47,809 nt of DNA from contig CAZBBK010000043.1 of assembly GCA_964490075.1 (NCBI GenBank), positions 1-47,809 of the forward strand, written 5' to 3'. Source of the DNA: an uncultured Gemmatimonadota bacterium. GTDB taxonomy: Bacteria; GCA-2686955. A program made the translations under genes and the position numbers. Each line of letters starts with the position of its first letter. Position 1 is the stretch's first letter. Positions 19,035 to 27,794 of this stretch are shown here, in pieces. The notes beneath the pieces were generated by a model. The model was not told the origin of the DNA. It made no database searches and saw only the letters and a list, made by a program, of their open reading frames with translations.

Positions 19035-19388
19035 CTACATCGATTGGCGCTCGACGTGGTTGCGCATCTGGACGCCGTGCACCAGCGACGCGCCGCCGCG
19101 AATCGCCGCGGCGACGTGCAAGGCCTCGGTCATCTGGTCGGCGTTCGAGCCTTTTTCGAGACACTTCGAGGAGTAGGCGTCGATGCAGTAGGGACACTGG
19201 ATCGCGTGGGCGACCGCCAGGGCGATCAGCGCCTTCTCGCGTTCCGACAGGGCACCTGCCGCGAACACCGCGCCATAGTAGTCGAAGAACTTCCGCGCGA
19301 GATCGGGGGCCGCCTCTCCGATCTCGGAGAAGCGATCGAGATCGGCTGCGTGGTAGTAGTGGGCGTGGGGCTGGTCGTCAGTGGGCAC
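19035..19388 (-). CDS. AhpD/CMD-family peroxidase-like protein associated with ArsS
   Basis: REKALIALAVAHAIQCPYCIDAY, AAAIRGGASLVHGVQM; GTG start with GGAGG RBS; adjacent to arsS. Confidence 0.88.
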   Translation of the reverse strand: MPTDDQPHAHYYHAADLDRFSEIGEAAPDLARKFFDYYGAVFAAGALSEREKALIALAVAHAIQCPYCIDAYSSKCLEKGSNADQMTEALHVAAAIRGGASLVHGVQMRNHVERQSM

Positions 19389-19519
19389 GGGATCCTCCGT
19401 ATGCGGTCGTCCTGCGCGGTCCTCCATAGAAGGACAGAAACGGTCCGGCCGGAAGAAGGTAGCATCAGCGTCAGTCGACCGGCTCGGTGGTAGATTGGGC
19501 ACCCATTGCTGGTTTCTCC

Positions 19520-19966
19520 TCATCCCCGGTGATAGGGCATGCCTTTGAGAATCGTGGCCGCGCGATAGAGCTGCTCCAGCAGGATCACCCGCGCCAGCTC
19601 GTGCGGAAAGGTCATCGGCGAGAGCGAGAGACGCCGATCGACGGCGCGCAGCACCTGATCGGGCAGGCCGGCCGCCCCGCCGACCACGAAGACGGTGTCA
19701 CCGCCGCGCGCCAGATCGCGTTCCAGCCGCCGGGCCCAGGGCTCGGAGGCGATCGGCTCGCCGCGCTCGTCCAGCGCCACGGCCACGCTGACTGCTCGCA
19801 GCCGCTCGGCGAGCGCCTCAGGGTTGCGCGGCGTCCCGCCGGTGGACTCGGGCAGCTCCAGCACCTTGATCGGCAGCCCGACCCCGGCCGCGCGCCGCCG
19901 GTAGTCGTCCGCCAGGCGTCGCAGCGGCTCGCTGCGCAGCTTGCCTATCGCCCAGACCTGCAGCAT
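19520..19966 (-). CDS. rlmH: 23S rRNA (pseudouridine-1915-N3)-methyltransferase
   Basis: LDERG, FVVGGAAGL, SLSPMTFPHELARVILLEQLYRA, PYHR. Confidence 0.95.
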   Translation of the reverse strand: MLQVWAIGKLRSEPLRRLADDYRRRAAGVGLPIKVLELPESTGGTPRNPEALAERLRAVSVAVALDERGEPIASEPWARRLERDLARGGDTVFVVGGAAGLPDQVLRAVDRRLSLSPMTFPHELARVILLEQLYRAATILKGMPYHRG

Positions 19967-19973
19967 CGCACCC

Positions 19974-21623
19974 TCACCAATGCCGCGGCGCCGGGACCCG
20001 CTCGACAATCGCCGCTTCGCCGCCCGGATCGGGCCGCAGGATGGTGTCGTGGGCCACCGGCTCGACCCGCGGCGCGCCCTCGAGCCAGTGCAGCCCGCGG
20101 CTCTCCGGCCGCGACAGCGCCGATTGCACGATCAGCAACCCGACGGTCACCAGCGAGCGCAGCTCCATGAGCTGCTCCGAAGGGCGCGACTCGGCCTCCA
20201 TCGCCCGCACCTCGGCGGCGGCGCGCGCCAGCCGGTCGGCGGCCTGGGCCAGGCGCGCGCGGGTCCGCACGATTCCGGCGCAATCCTGCATCAGGTCGGT
20301 CACCGCGAGCCTCAGCGACGCGATCCGCTCCGGCTCGATCCCCGGCTCGCGACGCTGCATGCGCTCGAGCGCGGCCCGCGCTTGCAACCGCGCTCTAGAC
20401 AGATCGGCGGCCTGCGAGCGGGACGCCGCCAGCGCCGCGCGGTGCGCGAACACCACCGCCTCGAGCAACGAGTTGGAGGCCAGTCGATTGGCCCCGTGGA
20501 CCCCGGTGCAGGCCACTTCTCCGGCGGCGTAGAGCCCCGGCAGCTCGGTAGCGCCGTCGTGATCGGTGATCACGCCGCCGCACGAGTAGTGCGCCGAGGG
20601 CGCCACTGGAATCGGCTCCCGCTCCACGTCGATGCCGTGCTTCGCGCAGCGTTCGTGGATGGTCGGGAAACGATCCCGGAAGGCGCCGGGCGCCAGGTGG
20701 GTCACGTCGAGCAGGACGTGGGCATCGTCGCGGCGCTTCATCTCGGCGTCGATGGCCCGCGCCACGATGTCGCGCGGAGCCAGCTCGGCACGCTCGTCGA
20801 AGCGGTGCATGAAGGGTCGCCCGTCGAGGGTCTTCAGAATCCCCCCTTCGCCGCGCACCGCTTCGGAGATCAGAAAGGAGTCGGCGTCGTGCACCGCCAG
20901 CGCCGTGGGATGGAACTGGACGAACTCCATGTTGGCGATCGGGACGCCGGCCCGAAAGGCCATGGCGGTGCCGTCGCCGGTGGCGATCGGCGGATTGGTG
21001 GTGCGGCGGAAGACCCGCCCGCAGCCTCCGGAGCAGAGCATGGTGGTGCGCGCCAGCACCGCATCCGGCCGGCCGCTCTTCGAGTCCAGGACCAGGGCGC
21101 CGTGGCAACGGCGCGAGCGATTCGAGTCGGCGTCGATGACCAGGTCGAGCGCCGCCTGGTGATCGAGCAGCTCGATCGAGTCGGACGCCGCACAGGCGGC
21201 CAGCATCGCGCGCTCGATCTCCGCCCCGGTGAGATCCTTGGCGTGGGCGATGCGGCGGTGGGAGTGCCCCCCTTCCATGCCCAGCGCCAGGCGATCGGGA
21301 GCGGCGCCGTGGCTGAACCTGACTCCCAGCTCGATCAGCTTGGCGATCCGCCGCGGCCCATCCTCCACCATGAAACGCACCGTGCGCTCGTGACAGAGCC
21401 CGGCACCCGCGCTGAGGGTGTCGCGCACGTGCGCTTCGAAGCTATCGGCCGGGTCGAGCACGGCCGCGATACCGCCTTGCGCCCTGTTGGTGCTGCTCTC
21501 GTGGTGTTCCTTCTTGGTGATCACCCGCACCGACTCGCCGCGCGACGCCACCTCGAGAGCGAAGCTGAGGCCGGCAATGCCGCTGCCGATGACGAGGTGG
21601 TCGACCTCTTCGATTCCGGGCAT
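19974..21623 (-). CDS. nadB: L-aspartate oxidase
   Basis: IGSGIAGL, AQGGIAAV, EGGHSHRRIAHAKDLTG, MEFVQFHPT, LAPRDIVARAI, GVHGANRLASNSLLEA, ESRGLH. Confidence 0.96.
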   Translation of the reverse strand: MPGIEEVDHLVIGSGIAGLSFALEVASRGESVRVITKKEHHESSTNRAQGGIAAVLDPADSFEAHVRDTLSAGAGLCHERTVRFMVEDGPRRIAKLIELGVRFSHGAAPDRLALGMEGGHSHRRIAHAKDLTGAEIERAMLAACAASDSIELLDHQAALDLVIDADSNRSRRCHGALVLDSKSGRPDAVLARTTMLCSGGCGRVFRRTTNPPIATGDGTAMAFRAGVPIANMEFVQFHPTALAVHDADSFLISEAVRGEGGILKTLDGRPFMHRFDERAELAPRDIVARAIDAEMKRRDDAHVLLDVTHLAPGAFRDRFPTIHERCAKHGIDVEREPIPVAPSAHYSCGGVITDHDGATELPGLYAAGEVACTGVHGANRLASNSLLEAVVFAHRAALAASRSQAADLSRARLQARAALERMQRREPGIEPERIASLRLAVTDLMQDCAGIVRTRARLAQAADRLARAAAEVRAMEAESRPSEQLMELRSLVTVGLLIVQSALSRPESRGLHWLEGAPRVEPVAHDTILRPDPGGEAAIVERVPAPRHW

Positions 21624-21765
21624 CGGGGGACCTCAGTGAGGGGCGGTGCAGAAACGCGGAGGGGCGCCGCGCGGGACGCGGCTGCGCTGATGATATACCT
21701 CTGTGGACCGATCGCGTAGCGATCGCCGGTACTCTTGACAGGCCGTCGAGCGCACCGCTCCCCCG

Positions 21766-21804
21766 TGTAAAGGACTCCGTCAGCACCTGTCAGGGACTCC
21801 GACA
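21766..21804. promoter_or_regulatory. Tandem imperfect palindromes, candidate upstream activator sites for a sigma-54 enhancer-binding protein
   Basis: TGTAAAGGACTCCGTCA (21766) and TGTCAGGGACTCCGACA (21788), 22-bp period, about 100-135 bp upstream of the -24 element. Confidence 0.5.
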
Positions 21805-21899
21805 GCGGGCCCCCGAGGGTGTCGGGAGGGGGCGCTTACGCGCCTGGTAAGGCGTTGTACAATAACGACGTTCAGACCCCCCGCCGGTCCCGACACCGG

Positions 21900-21914
21900 T
21901 GGCATGCCTATTGC
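21900..21914 (+). promoter_or_regulatory. Sigma-54 (RpoN) -24/-12 promoter
   Basis: TGGCAT-GCCTA-TTGC matches TGGCAY-N5-TTGC, about 50 bp upstream of ATG 21964. Confidence 0.65.
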
Positions 21915-21963
21915 GAAATGGACGCCGGCACGAGCTGGTAGCAGATCCAGAAAGGCCCATCCG

Positions 21964-23706
21964 ATGTCTTCTCTCCACTCATCGATTCCCCTTCGCCCGC
22001 ACCGGGCCGCGGCGGCCCTCTGTCTCGCTCTCCTCTGGACCGGCGGCGCCAACGCCGTGCGCCCGATGGCTCCCCTGGAGCAGCACGAGATGACCTACGT
22101 CAGCGACGACGCCATCCGCACGCTGCCGATCGCCTGGGATGCCGTCCATCCCGAGGTCATCATCGTGCCGGACGACTACTCGACGATCCAGGCGGCCGTC
22201 AACGCCGCTCCGCGCACGGGTCAGACCATCATCGTACGAGACGGCACCTACTCCGACGGCGCCGATATCGACGCCGACGACTTCGACGACCTGGTGATCG
22301 AGGGGGAATGCGGCGCCCACCCCGTGATCGAGCCGGGCTGGGGCAACGCCTTCACCATCACCAACAACAACAACGTGCTCTCGGAGATCACCATCCGCAA
22401 CTTCGACATCCGAGACTGCACCTACGGAATCGAGGTCTTGCACGACGCCGACGATTGGGACGCGGTCACCACTACGCTCAACGCTTCGCGACTGACGATC
22501 ACCGACTCGAGCGTGGGGATCCAGACCGGCACGCGAACCGGTGACTATCACTGCAGCGGCGTCTGGGGTTCGATCGACCAGCGCCTGCTCGACCAGCCGA
22601 TCACCCGAGTCAACATCTCCCAGTGCGTGATCACCGACGGCTGGAGCGACGGCATGAATCTGTGGCGCGCCACCGGCACGATCCTCTCCAACATCATCGT
22701 CTCGAACGGTGGCGAGGGGGTCCATACCACCGATCTGCACGACGCCGTGATCCGCAACAACATCTTCGTCTACCACACCGACAACCAATTTCACCTGCAG
22801 TACCCGGGCGAGGTCGAGTTCGCCAACAACGTGGTCATTGGCTCCTACGGCTACCCGGGCGATGGTCTGGTGGTCGCGGGTGTGCGCGATTGGGATCAGC
22901 CGACCGGCCCCGAGGTCGACGTCCACAACAACGTATTCTACGGAAACGAAGGAGCCGGCGCCAAAGTCGGGCAGGTGTCGATTCGGACTCAGCAGAGTCC
23001 TTGCGAGGAAGTCCGCGCCAAGACCCGCACCTGGGTTCGCAACAACGTCTTCTACGGAAACGCCAGCGACCCTGATCGGTATGCTCTGTTCCTGAACGGC
23101 GCCGATCAGAATCTGTTGACCGATTGGGCGGAGTACAACCTCTTCGCGCAGAACAACGGCCGCTCCTACGACCCCGCTCTGATCACGCTCGGACCCGGAA
23201 ATATAGTCGGCAACAAACCGCAGTTCCTGGCGATTCCCGACATCTCCGAGCTCTGGTACATGAAGGACCCGGGGCAGATCCGCTCGACCGCGATGGGATT
23301 CCAACCTCAGAACGGGTCGCGCCTGGTCGATGCCGGAACGCCTGACGCCAACTACGACGATGTATCTTACATGGCCAGCGGAACCTCCCGCTGCGACATG
23401 GGCGTGTTCGGCGGCCCCTCGGCGATCCCGACCCCGATGCACGCCGGCGCGAGTCCGACGCCGTGCTTGCCGCTGGTGGTCGACTGGGATCTCGACCGGG
23501 TGCTGCTGCGCGACCCTCTGTTCCTGGAGCCTGACGGCAACCCCTGGAACGCCCATGTCGGCTACGACAATCCGAGCGGACCGCAGTCGATCGACATCTA
23601 CTGGACTCCGGAAAAGGTCGAGACACAATGGCTCGGCCAGGGCACGCTGATCTCCAACCACGAGCTGGGCAAGGGGCCGCTCGAGGTGATCACGGTCGCC
23701 GAGTAG
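21964..23706 (+). CDS. Secreted right-handed parallel beta-helix (pectin-lyase-like) protein
   Basis: Signal peptide (...GGANA); VPDDYSTIQAAVNAA and IIVRDGTY; repeated I.NN.F/I.GN; late SRLVDAG...DMGVFGG motif. Confidence 0.8.
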   Translation: MSSLHSSIPLRPHRAAAALCLALLWTGGANAVRPMAPLEQHEMTYVSDDAIRTLPIAWDAVHPEVIIVPDDYSTIQAAVNAAPRTGQTIIVRDGTYSDGADIDADDFDDLVIEGECGAHPVIEPGWGNAFTITNNNNVLSEITIRNFDIRDCTYGIEVLHDADDWDAVTTTLNASRLTITDSSVGIQTGTRTGDYHCSGVWGSIDQRLLDQPITRVNISQCVITDGWSDGMNLWRATGTILSNIIVSNGGEGVHTTDLHDAVIRNNIFVYHTDNQFHLQYPGEVEFANNVVIGSYGYPGDGLVVAGVRDWDQPTGPEVDVHNNVFYGNEGAGAKVGQVSIRTQQSPCEEVRAKTRTWVRNNVFYGNASDPDRYALFLNGADQNLLTDWAEYNLFAQNNGRSYDPALITLGPGNIVGNKPQFLAIPDISELWYMKDPGQIRSTAMGFQPQNGSRLVDAGTPDANYDDVSYMASGTSRCDMGVFGGPSAIPTPMHAGASPTPCLPLVVDWDLDRVLLRDPLFLEPDGNPWNAHVGYDNPSGPQSIDIYWTPEKVETQWLGQGTLISNHELGKGPLEVITVAE

Positions 23707-23733
23707 TCCGAAACACGAAGACCGGTAGGAGCA

Positions 23734-23769
23734 GGCGCTCCCCCGCAGGCGAGGTGCGGGGGGCGTTTT
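23734..23769 (+). terminator. Intrinsic terminator after the beta-helix gene
   Basis: GGCGCTCCCCCGCA / TGCGGGGGGCGTT stem followed by a T-run. Confidence 0.65.
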
Positions 23770-23782
23770 GTCGTCGTACTCG

Positions 23783-24463
23783 TTACACGCCGTAGAGGCG
23801 GCGCATGTCGGGGCGCTCGGTGCAGAAGTAGTGCACCCAGATATAGGCGTGCTGAAACGTCGCCGCGACCAGAGCCGAGCGCGAGTCGTAGCCGATGGCG
23901 ATCATCCAGAGTCCGAGGAAAGCAAAGGTGTACATGGCGTTGGACACGTAGCGAAACACGCCGCGGCGAACGACTCCTCGGCGCGCAAGATCGGGATCGA
24001 AATGGTCCTTGCCCATGGCCCGGGTGAAGCCGAAGTAGGCGGCGACGGAGTAGAGGGTGTAGAGGAAGGGGACGAGCATGAGCGCGATCAGCGTGGTTCG
24101 GGTCGCGGGCGCGAGTCCCAAGGTGTCGCGGTCGGCGGCGGCCAGGGCCAGCAGAACGGCGACCCGTGCGACGAGCAGAATCAGGAAGTCGGCTGCATAG
24201 ACGGCAAAGGCGTGGCGCCCCATCAGCCGCGAAAAGGCGCGCGTGTGCAGCTCGATGCGCCACACCGCCCAGACGTAGACCTGGTGCAGCACCGGCACGC
24301 CCAACGCGAAGAGAAACCAGCACGGCGCCCCGCAGCCGAGCCAGCCGGGGCTCGACGTGGGTGGATGGCCGAGCCGCCAGGCCATGGTCAGCAGCAGCAC
24401 CAGCGCCAGCCAGTGGCGGAGCTGGCCTTCGAAGATCGGGGCGAGGGGCATGGAGCGCGGCAT
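23783..24463 (-). CDS. Phospholipid N-methyltransferase (PEMT)-like membrane protein
   Basis: Several TM helices; YFGFTRAMGKDHFD, GVFRYVSNAMY, HYFCTERPDM. Confidence 0.75.
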   Translation of the reverse strand: MPRSMPLAPIFEGQLRHWLALVLLLTMAWRLGHPPTSSPGWLGCGAPCWFLFALGVPVLHQVYVWAVWRIELHTRAFSRLMGRHAFAVYAADFLILLVARVAVLLALAAADRDTLGLAPATRTTLIALMLVPFLYTLYSVAAYFGFTRAMGKDHFDPDLARRGVVRRGVFRYVSNAMYTFAFLGLWMIAIGYDSRSALVAATFQHAYIWVHYFCTERPDMRRLYGV

Positions 24464-24519
24464 CGGAGTGGCGGGGCGAGTCTATCAGCCCGGGGAAGGC
24501 TCCGAGCGGCGGGGAGACG

Positions 24520-24980
24520 ACCGCGGCCTCGCGCTCTCGGGATCCTCGGCTCGCAAGCTCGAGCGCGGCGGCGCCAACCTGCTCGCCGGCCGGGCCGTCA
24601 CGCGCCGGATGTTCCCCCTCACCGCCAAGGAGCTCGACTTCGACGTCGATCCGACGGTCGTCATCGAGCACGGTCTGATGCCCTTGAGCGTCGCCGCCGC
24701 GAATGCCGAGCAGCGCGAGAACTTCCTGCGCAGCTATCTGATCATTTATGTCAATGAGGAGGTTAAGCCGAAGGTCTGGTTCGCAGCATCGGTACCTTCG
24801 CTCGCTTTCTCGACCTTGCGGCGCTTTGCGCGGCCACTCAGCCAATTGTCTCGGGCCTGTCCCGCGATGCTGGTATCGGTCGCGACACGGTGCAGGGCTA
24901 CTTCAGCGTCTTCGAAGACACGCTGCTGGGATCCTGGCTTCCCGCCTATCGGCCGCGCGCCAAGATCAACGATGTCTCGA
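24520..24980 (+). pseudogene. Internal fragment of an AAA+ ATPase (AAA_14/DUF4143 family) with a frameshift
   Basis: LSGSSARKLERGGANLLAGRA...FPLTAKEL...YVNEEV in one frame continues after ~24766 in another frame as AEGLVRSIGTFARFLDLAA...SRDAGIGRDTVQGYFSVFEDTLLGSWLPAY; no Walker A/start and no C-terminus. Confidence 0.8.
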
Positions 24981-25055
24981 TTCTGCCCGCGCTGACATTC
25001 CTGCGACGCCTGTATGCGGGAGAGGTACTGGGGTCCGCGCAGATCTAGACAAGAC

Positions 25056-25088
25056 AAAACCCCGCCGGCCACTCGGACCGACGGGGTT
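25056..25088 (-). terminator. Intrinsic terminator for the 26402-25113 gene
   Basis: Minus strand ACCCCGTCGGTCC-GAGT-GGCCGGCGGGGT followed by a T-run. Confidence 0.65.
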
Positions 25089-25112
25089 CGATCGCCTTCG
25101 AAGCTGGAGAGG

Positions 25113-26402
25113 CTACTGGGTGTAGCTCAGGTCATCGATGGTGTGATGGGTGGTCCAGCTGCCGGTGCCGCTCACCACCAGCTTCGAGATTCCCACCGCC
25201 GTGAAGGTCACCGGAAAATTCGGGCCGCCCAGAGTGTTGATCTCTTCGAGCAGCACGCCGCCCGCGTCGTAGACGGAGTAGTAGTATGTATCTCCATCGC
25301 CGTCATAGCAGGAGGCGTAGACGCTCAGCCCTTTCACCGGCGTATTCCACTCGATCCAGTTGTCGATCTCATGGGTGTAGGCGGTGTTCGGAACGCTGTT
25401 CGGCGGGTAGTACGGATTTCCGACCGAGTCCCAGGTCATCCACCCGGGCGAGAACTCGACGCCGGCGTAGTAGGCGCCGATCGGCGAGCCGCTGACGAGA
25501 TCGTCGAAGTCGATGGTGACGGCTCCGGGCACGGCCACCGCGACATCGAAATCATCAGCATCGATCAGCACGCCGTCGTCGAAGATCGACACCTCGACGT
25601 TGTAGGTGCCGAGCGGCGCGATCAGCGGAACATTGAGGCTGACCGTGGTGCCGATCGAGCTCCCCCCGGCCACGGTAACGTCTGGACCGGCATAGAGAGT
25701 CTTGGTCAGGAGCGCGGGACCGGTGACATCCATGACCGCCTGGTCGAATGCCGCCGGATCGACGCCGTTGTTGACCGCGTCGGCATCAAAGGCGAGCACG
25801 TCGCCCGGCTCGACGCTGGCGGGATAGCCGGAGAGCACCACCTCGAGACCGCCGCCGCCATCGGAGTAGGCCAGGTCGTCGATGGTGTGGTGGGTATTCC
25901 AATCGCCGGTGCCGGTAACCACCAGCTCCGAGATATTGTTGGCGGTGAAGGTCACCAGGAAGTTCGGGCCGCCCAGGGTGGTGATCTGCTCCAGCAGCGT
26001 GCCGACCGCGTCATAGGCGGAGTAGTAGTAGGTGTTGCCGGAACCGTCATAGCAGGAGGCGTAGAGGCTCACGCCGCTGGCCGGCACGTCCCAGCGAATC
26101 CAGTTGTCGGCCTCGTGGGTGTAGGCCACGTGGGGATCGCTGTTCGGCGGGTAGTAGGGGTTGCCGACCGAGTTCCAGGTCATCCATCCGGGCGAGAACA
26201 CCACGCCCGCGTAGTTCGCCCCGATCACGACTCCAGGGCCCAGATCGTCGAAAGTCAAGAGCGTGCCGGCTTCGTCGCCCTGATGCTGTGGCGCCGGTTT
26301 GAACTCCGCCCCCGTTTCGTAGCCGGCCGAGCCCGCGATGATTCCGGTCGACGTGTCGAGCGCGCCAAGCGCCAGCGCCCCTGCGATCAATGAGAGATAC
26401 AT
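25113..26402 (-). CDS. Secreted protein: two copies of a ~130-aa beta-rich domain flanking the shared ~105-aa domain
   Basis: Signal peptide; FDDL...YAGV.FSPGWMTW.SVGNPYYPPNS...HHTIDDL occurs twice; central LEVVLS...VPLIAPLGTYNVEV...DFDV domain. Confidence 0.8.
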   Translation of the reverse strand: MYLSLIAGALALGALDTSTGIIAGSAGYETGAEFKPAPQHQGDEAGTLLTFDDLGPGVVIGANYAGVVFSPGWMTWNSVGNPYYPPNSDPHVAYTHEADNWIRWDVPASGVSLYASCYDGSGNTYYYSAYDAVGTLLEQITTLGGPNFLVTFTANNISELVVTGTGDWNTHHTIDDLAYSDGGGGLEVVLSGYPASVEPGDVLAFDADAVNNGVDPAAFDQAVMDVTGPALLTKTLYAGPDVTVAGGSSIGTTVSLNVPLIAPLGTYNVEVSIFDDGVLIDADDFDVAVAVPGAVTIDFDDLVSGSPIGAYYAGVEFSPGWMTWDSVGNPYYPPNSVPNTAYTHEIDNWIEWNTPVKGLSVYASCYDGDGDTYYYSVYDAGGVLLEEINTLGGPNFPVTFTAVGISKLVVSGTGSWTTHHTIDDLSYTQ

Positions 26403-26684
26403 GAACGTTCTCCGTGAAGAGTTGACCCCTGCTCCCGTGGTGGCGCGGCCCTCAGATGAAGCACCCGCATCTCGCGGACTGAGCTAGGTGCACCGCGCTA
26501 TCGGGGCAGCATAACACGGCGCGTCCAGGATATCGAGCGCACTACAGCTGCTTGGGCCGGTCTCGGCCGGAGCTGCGTCATGGTCGAACAGGTGGCCCCA
26601 AGACGGCTGGTCGCCCACCGGGAAAACCTCCTCGGCAACGAATCGCGAGGTGCTCAACATTCGCGCAGCGTGGACGCCGACTCG

Positions 26685-27794
26685 CTACACAATCAGCCGC
26701 CGTAGCGCCTGCCACAAGTGCTTCGATGTCGCTTCGTCCCATCGCACATCCCGCTCCAGCACCCATAGCGGCAATGTCGCCGGCAGCTCCTCGCCCAGCA
26801 GCGACAGCTTTTCGGCGTCTTTGGTGGTGGTGATCGCGCAGCGCGCGCCGCGGGCGCGGGCGCTCTCGATGAGCTCGGCGAGCTCGGCGCCCCGGAAATG
26901 CTGGTGGTCCCCCTTGACCAGCCTGGCCACCGGGTCGGCCCCCAGGGCGCGCAGGTCTTCCTCGAAACGCTCCGGATGGGCGATGGCGGCGATCGGCGCC
27001 ACCGCGGCGCCCCGCAACGATTGCAGCTCGATCGTCCGGCCGCCGCCGAGCGGTCGGAGACGCGCGGGGACGAGTCGGAAGCTCACTTCGGTGGACGGAT
27101 CCCACGGACCGTCGCATCGATCCGGGGGGGCGCTCTCGCCGCCAGGCTGGGAGGGCTCGGGGATGAGGCGCAGGTCGGCGCGTTTCGCCGCCACCCAGGG
27201 CTCCCGGAGGCGACCGGCCGGCAGAGGAGCCAGGTCGCCGTCTCGCCGGGCGTCGCCCTCGGGCAGGATCACCAAATCGAGATCGCGGGAGAGGCGGCGA
27301 TGCTGAAAAGCGTCGTCGGCGACGATGAGCCGAGCGCCCAGCAGGTCGCGCGCCGCGGCGGCGGCCGCGACACGGTCGGCTCCGACCACCACCGCCGCGC
27401 TGCCGAGCAGCGCCCGGGCCGAAGCGAGCGCCTCGTCGCCCACGTCGGCCACCGAGGCCAGGATCCGCATCCGGTCGGAGACGACCCGCACCACGGCGTC
27501 GCGCGCGCCGCCGTAGCCGCGCGAGACCAGCGCCGGGCGCCCGCCCCAGTCGGCGATCCGGCGGCAGAGATCGACGGCGACCGGAGTCTTGCCGGATCCG
27601 CCGGCGAGCAGCGCCCCGACCGATACCACGGGTACCCCCGCCGACCACTCCGGCAGGAGCCCTCGGTCGTAGGCGAGGCGCCGAGTGGCGGAGGCCAGTG
27701 CGAAGCCGAGCGAGGCACCTCGCAACAGCGCGCCGCCGATCGGCGTGCGCCGCATCGTCCGTCGGACCGCCGCCCAGTCGCGCGGCTCAGGCAC
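26685..27794 (-). CDS. lpxK: Tetraacyldisaccharide 4'-kinase
   Basis: VSVGALLAGGSGKTP, SRGYG, GDE, DDAFQH, PAGRLRE, TTKDAEKL; overlaps the lpxB stop. Confidence 0.93.
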   Translation of the reverse strand: MPEPRDWAAVRRTMRRTPIGGALLRGASLGFALASATRRLAYDRGLLPEWSAGVPVVSVGALLAGGSGKTPVAVDLCRRIADWGGRPALVSRGYGGARDAVVRVVSDRMRILASVADVGDEALASARALLGSAAVVVGADRVAAAAAARDLLGARLIVADDAFQHRRLSRDLDLVILPEGDARRDGDLAPLPAGRLREPWVAAKRADLRLIPEPSQPGGESAPPDRCDGPWDPSTEVSFRLVPARLRPLGGGRTIELQSLRGAAVAPIAAIAHPERFEEDLRALGADPVARLVKGDHQHFRGAELAELIESARARGARCAITTTKDAEKLSLLGEELPATLPLWVLERDVRWDEATSKHLWQALRRLIV

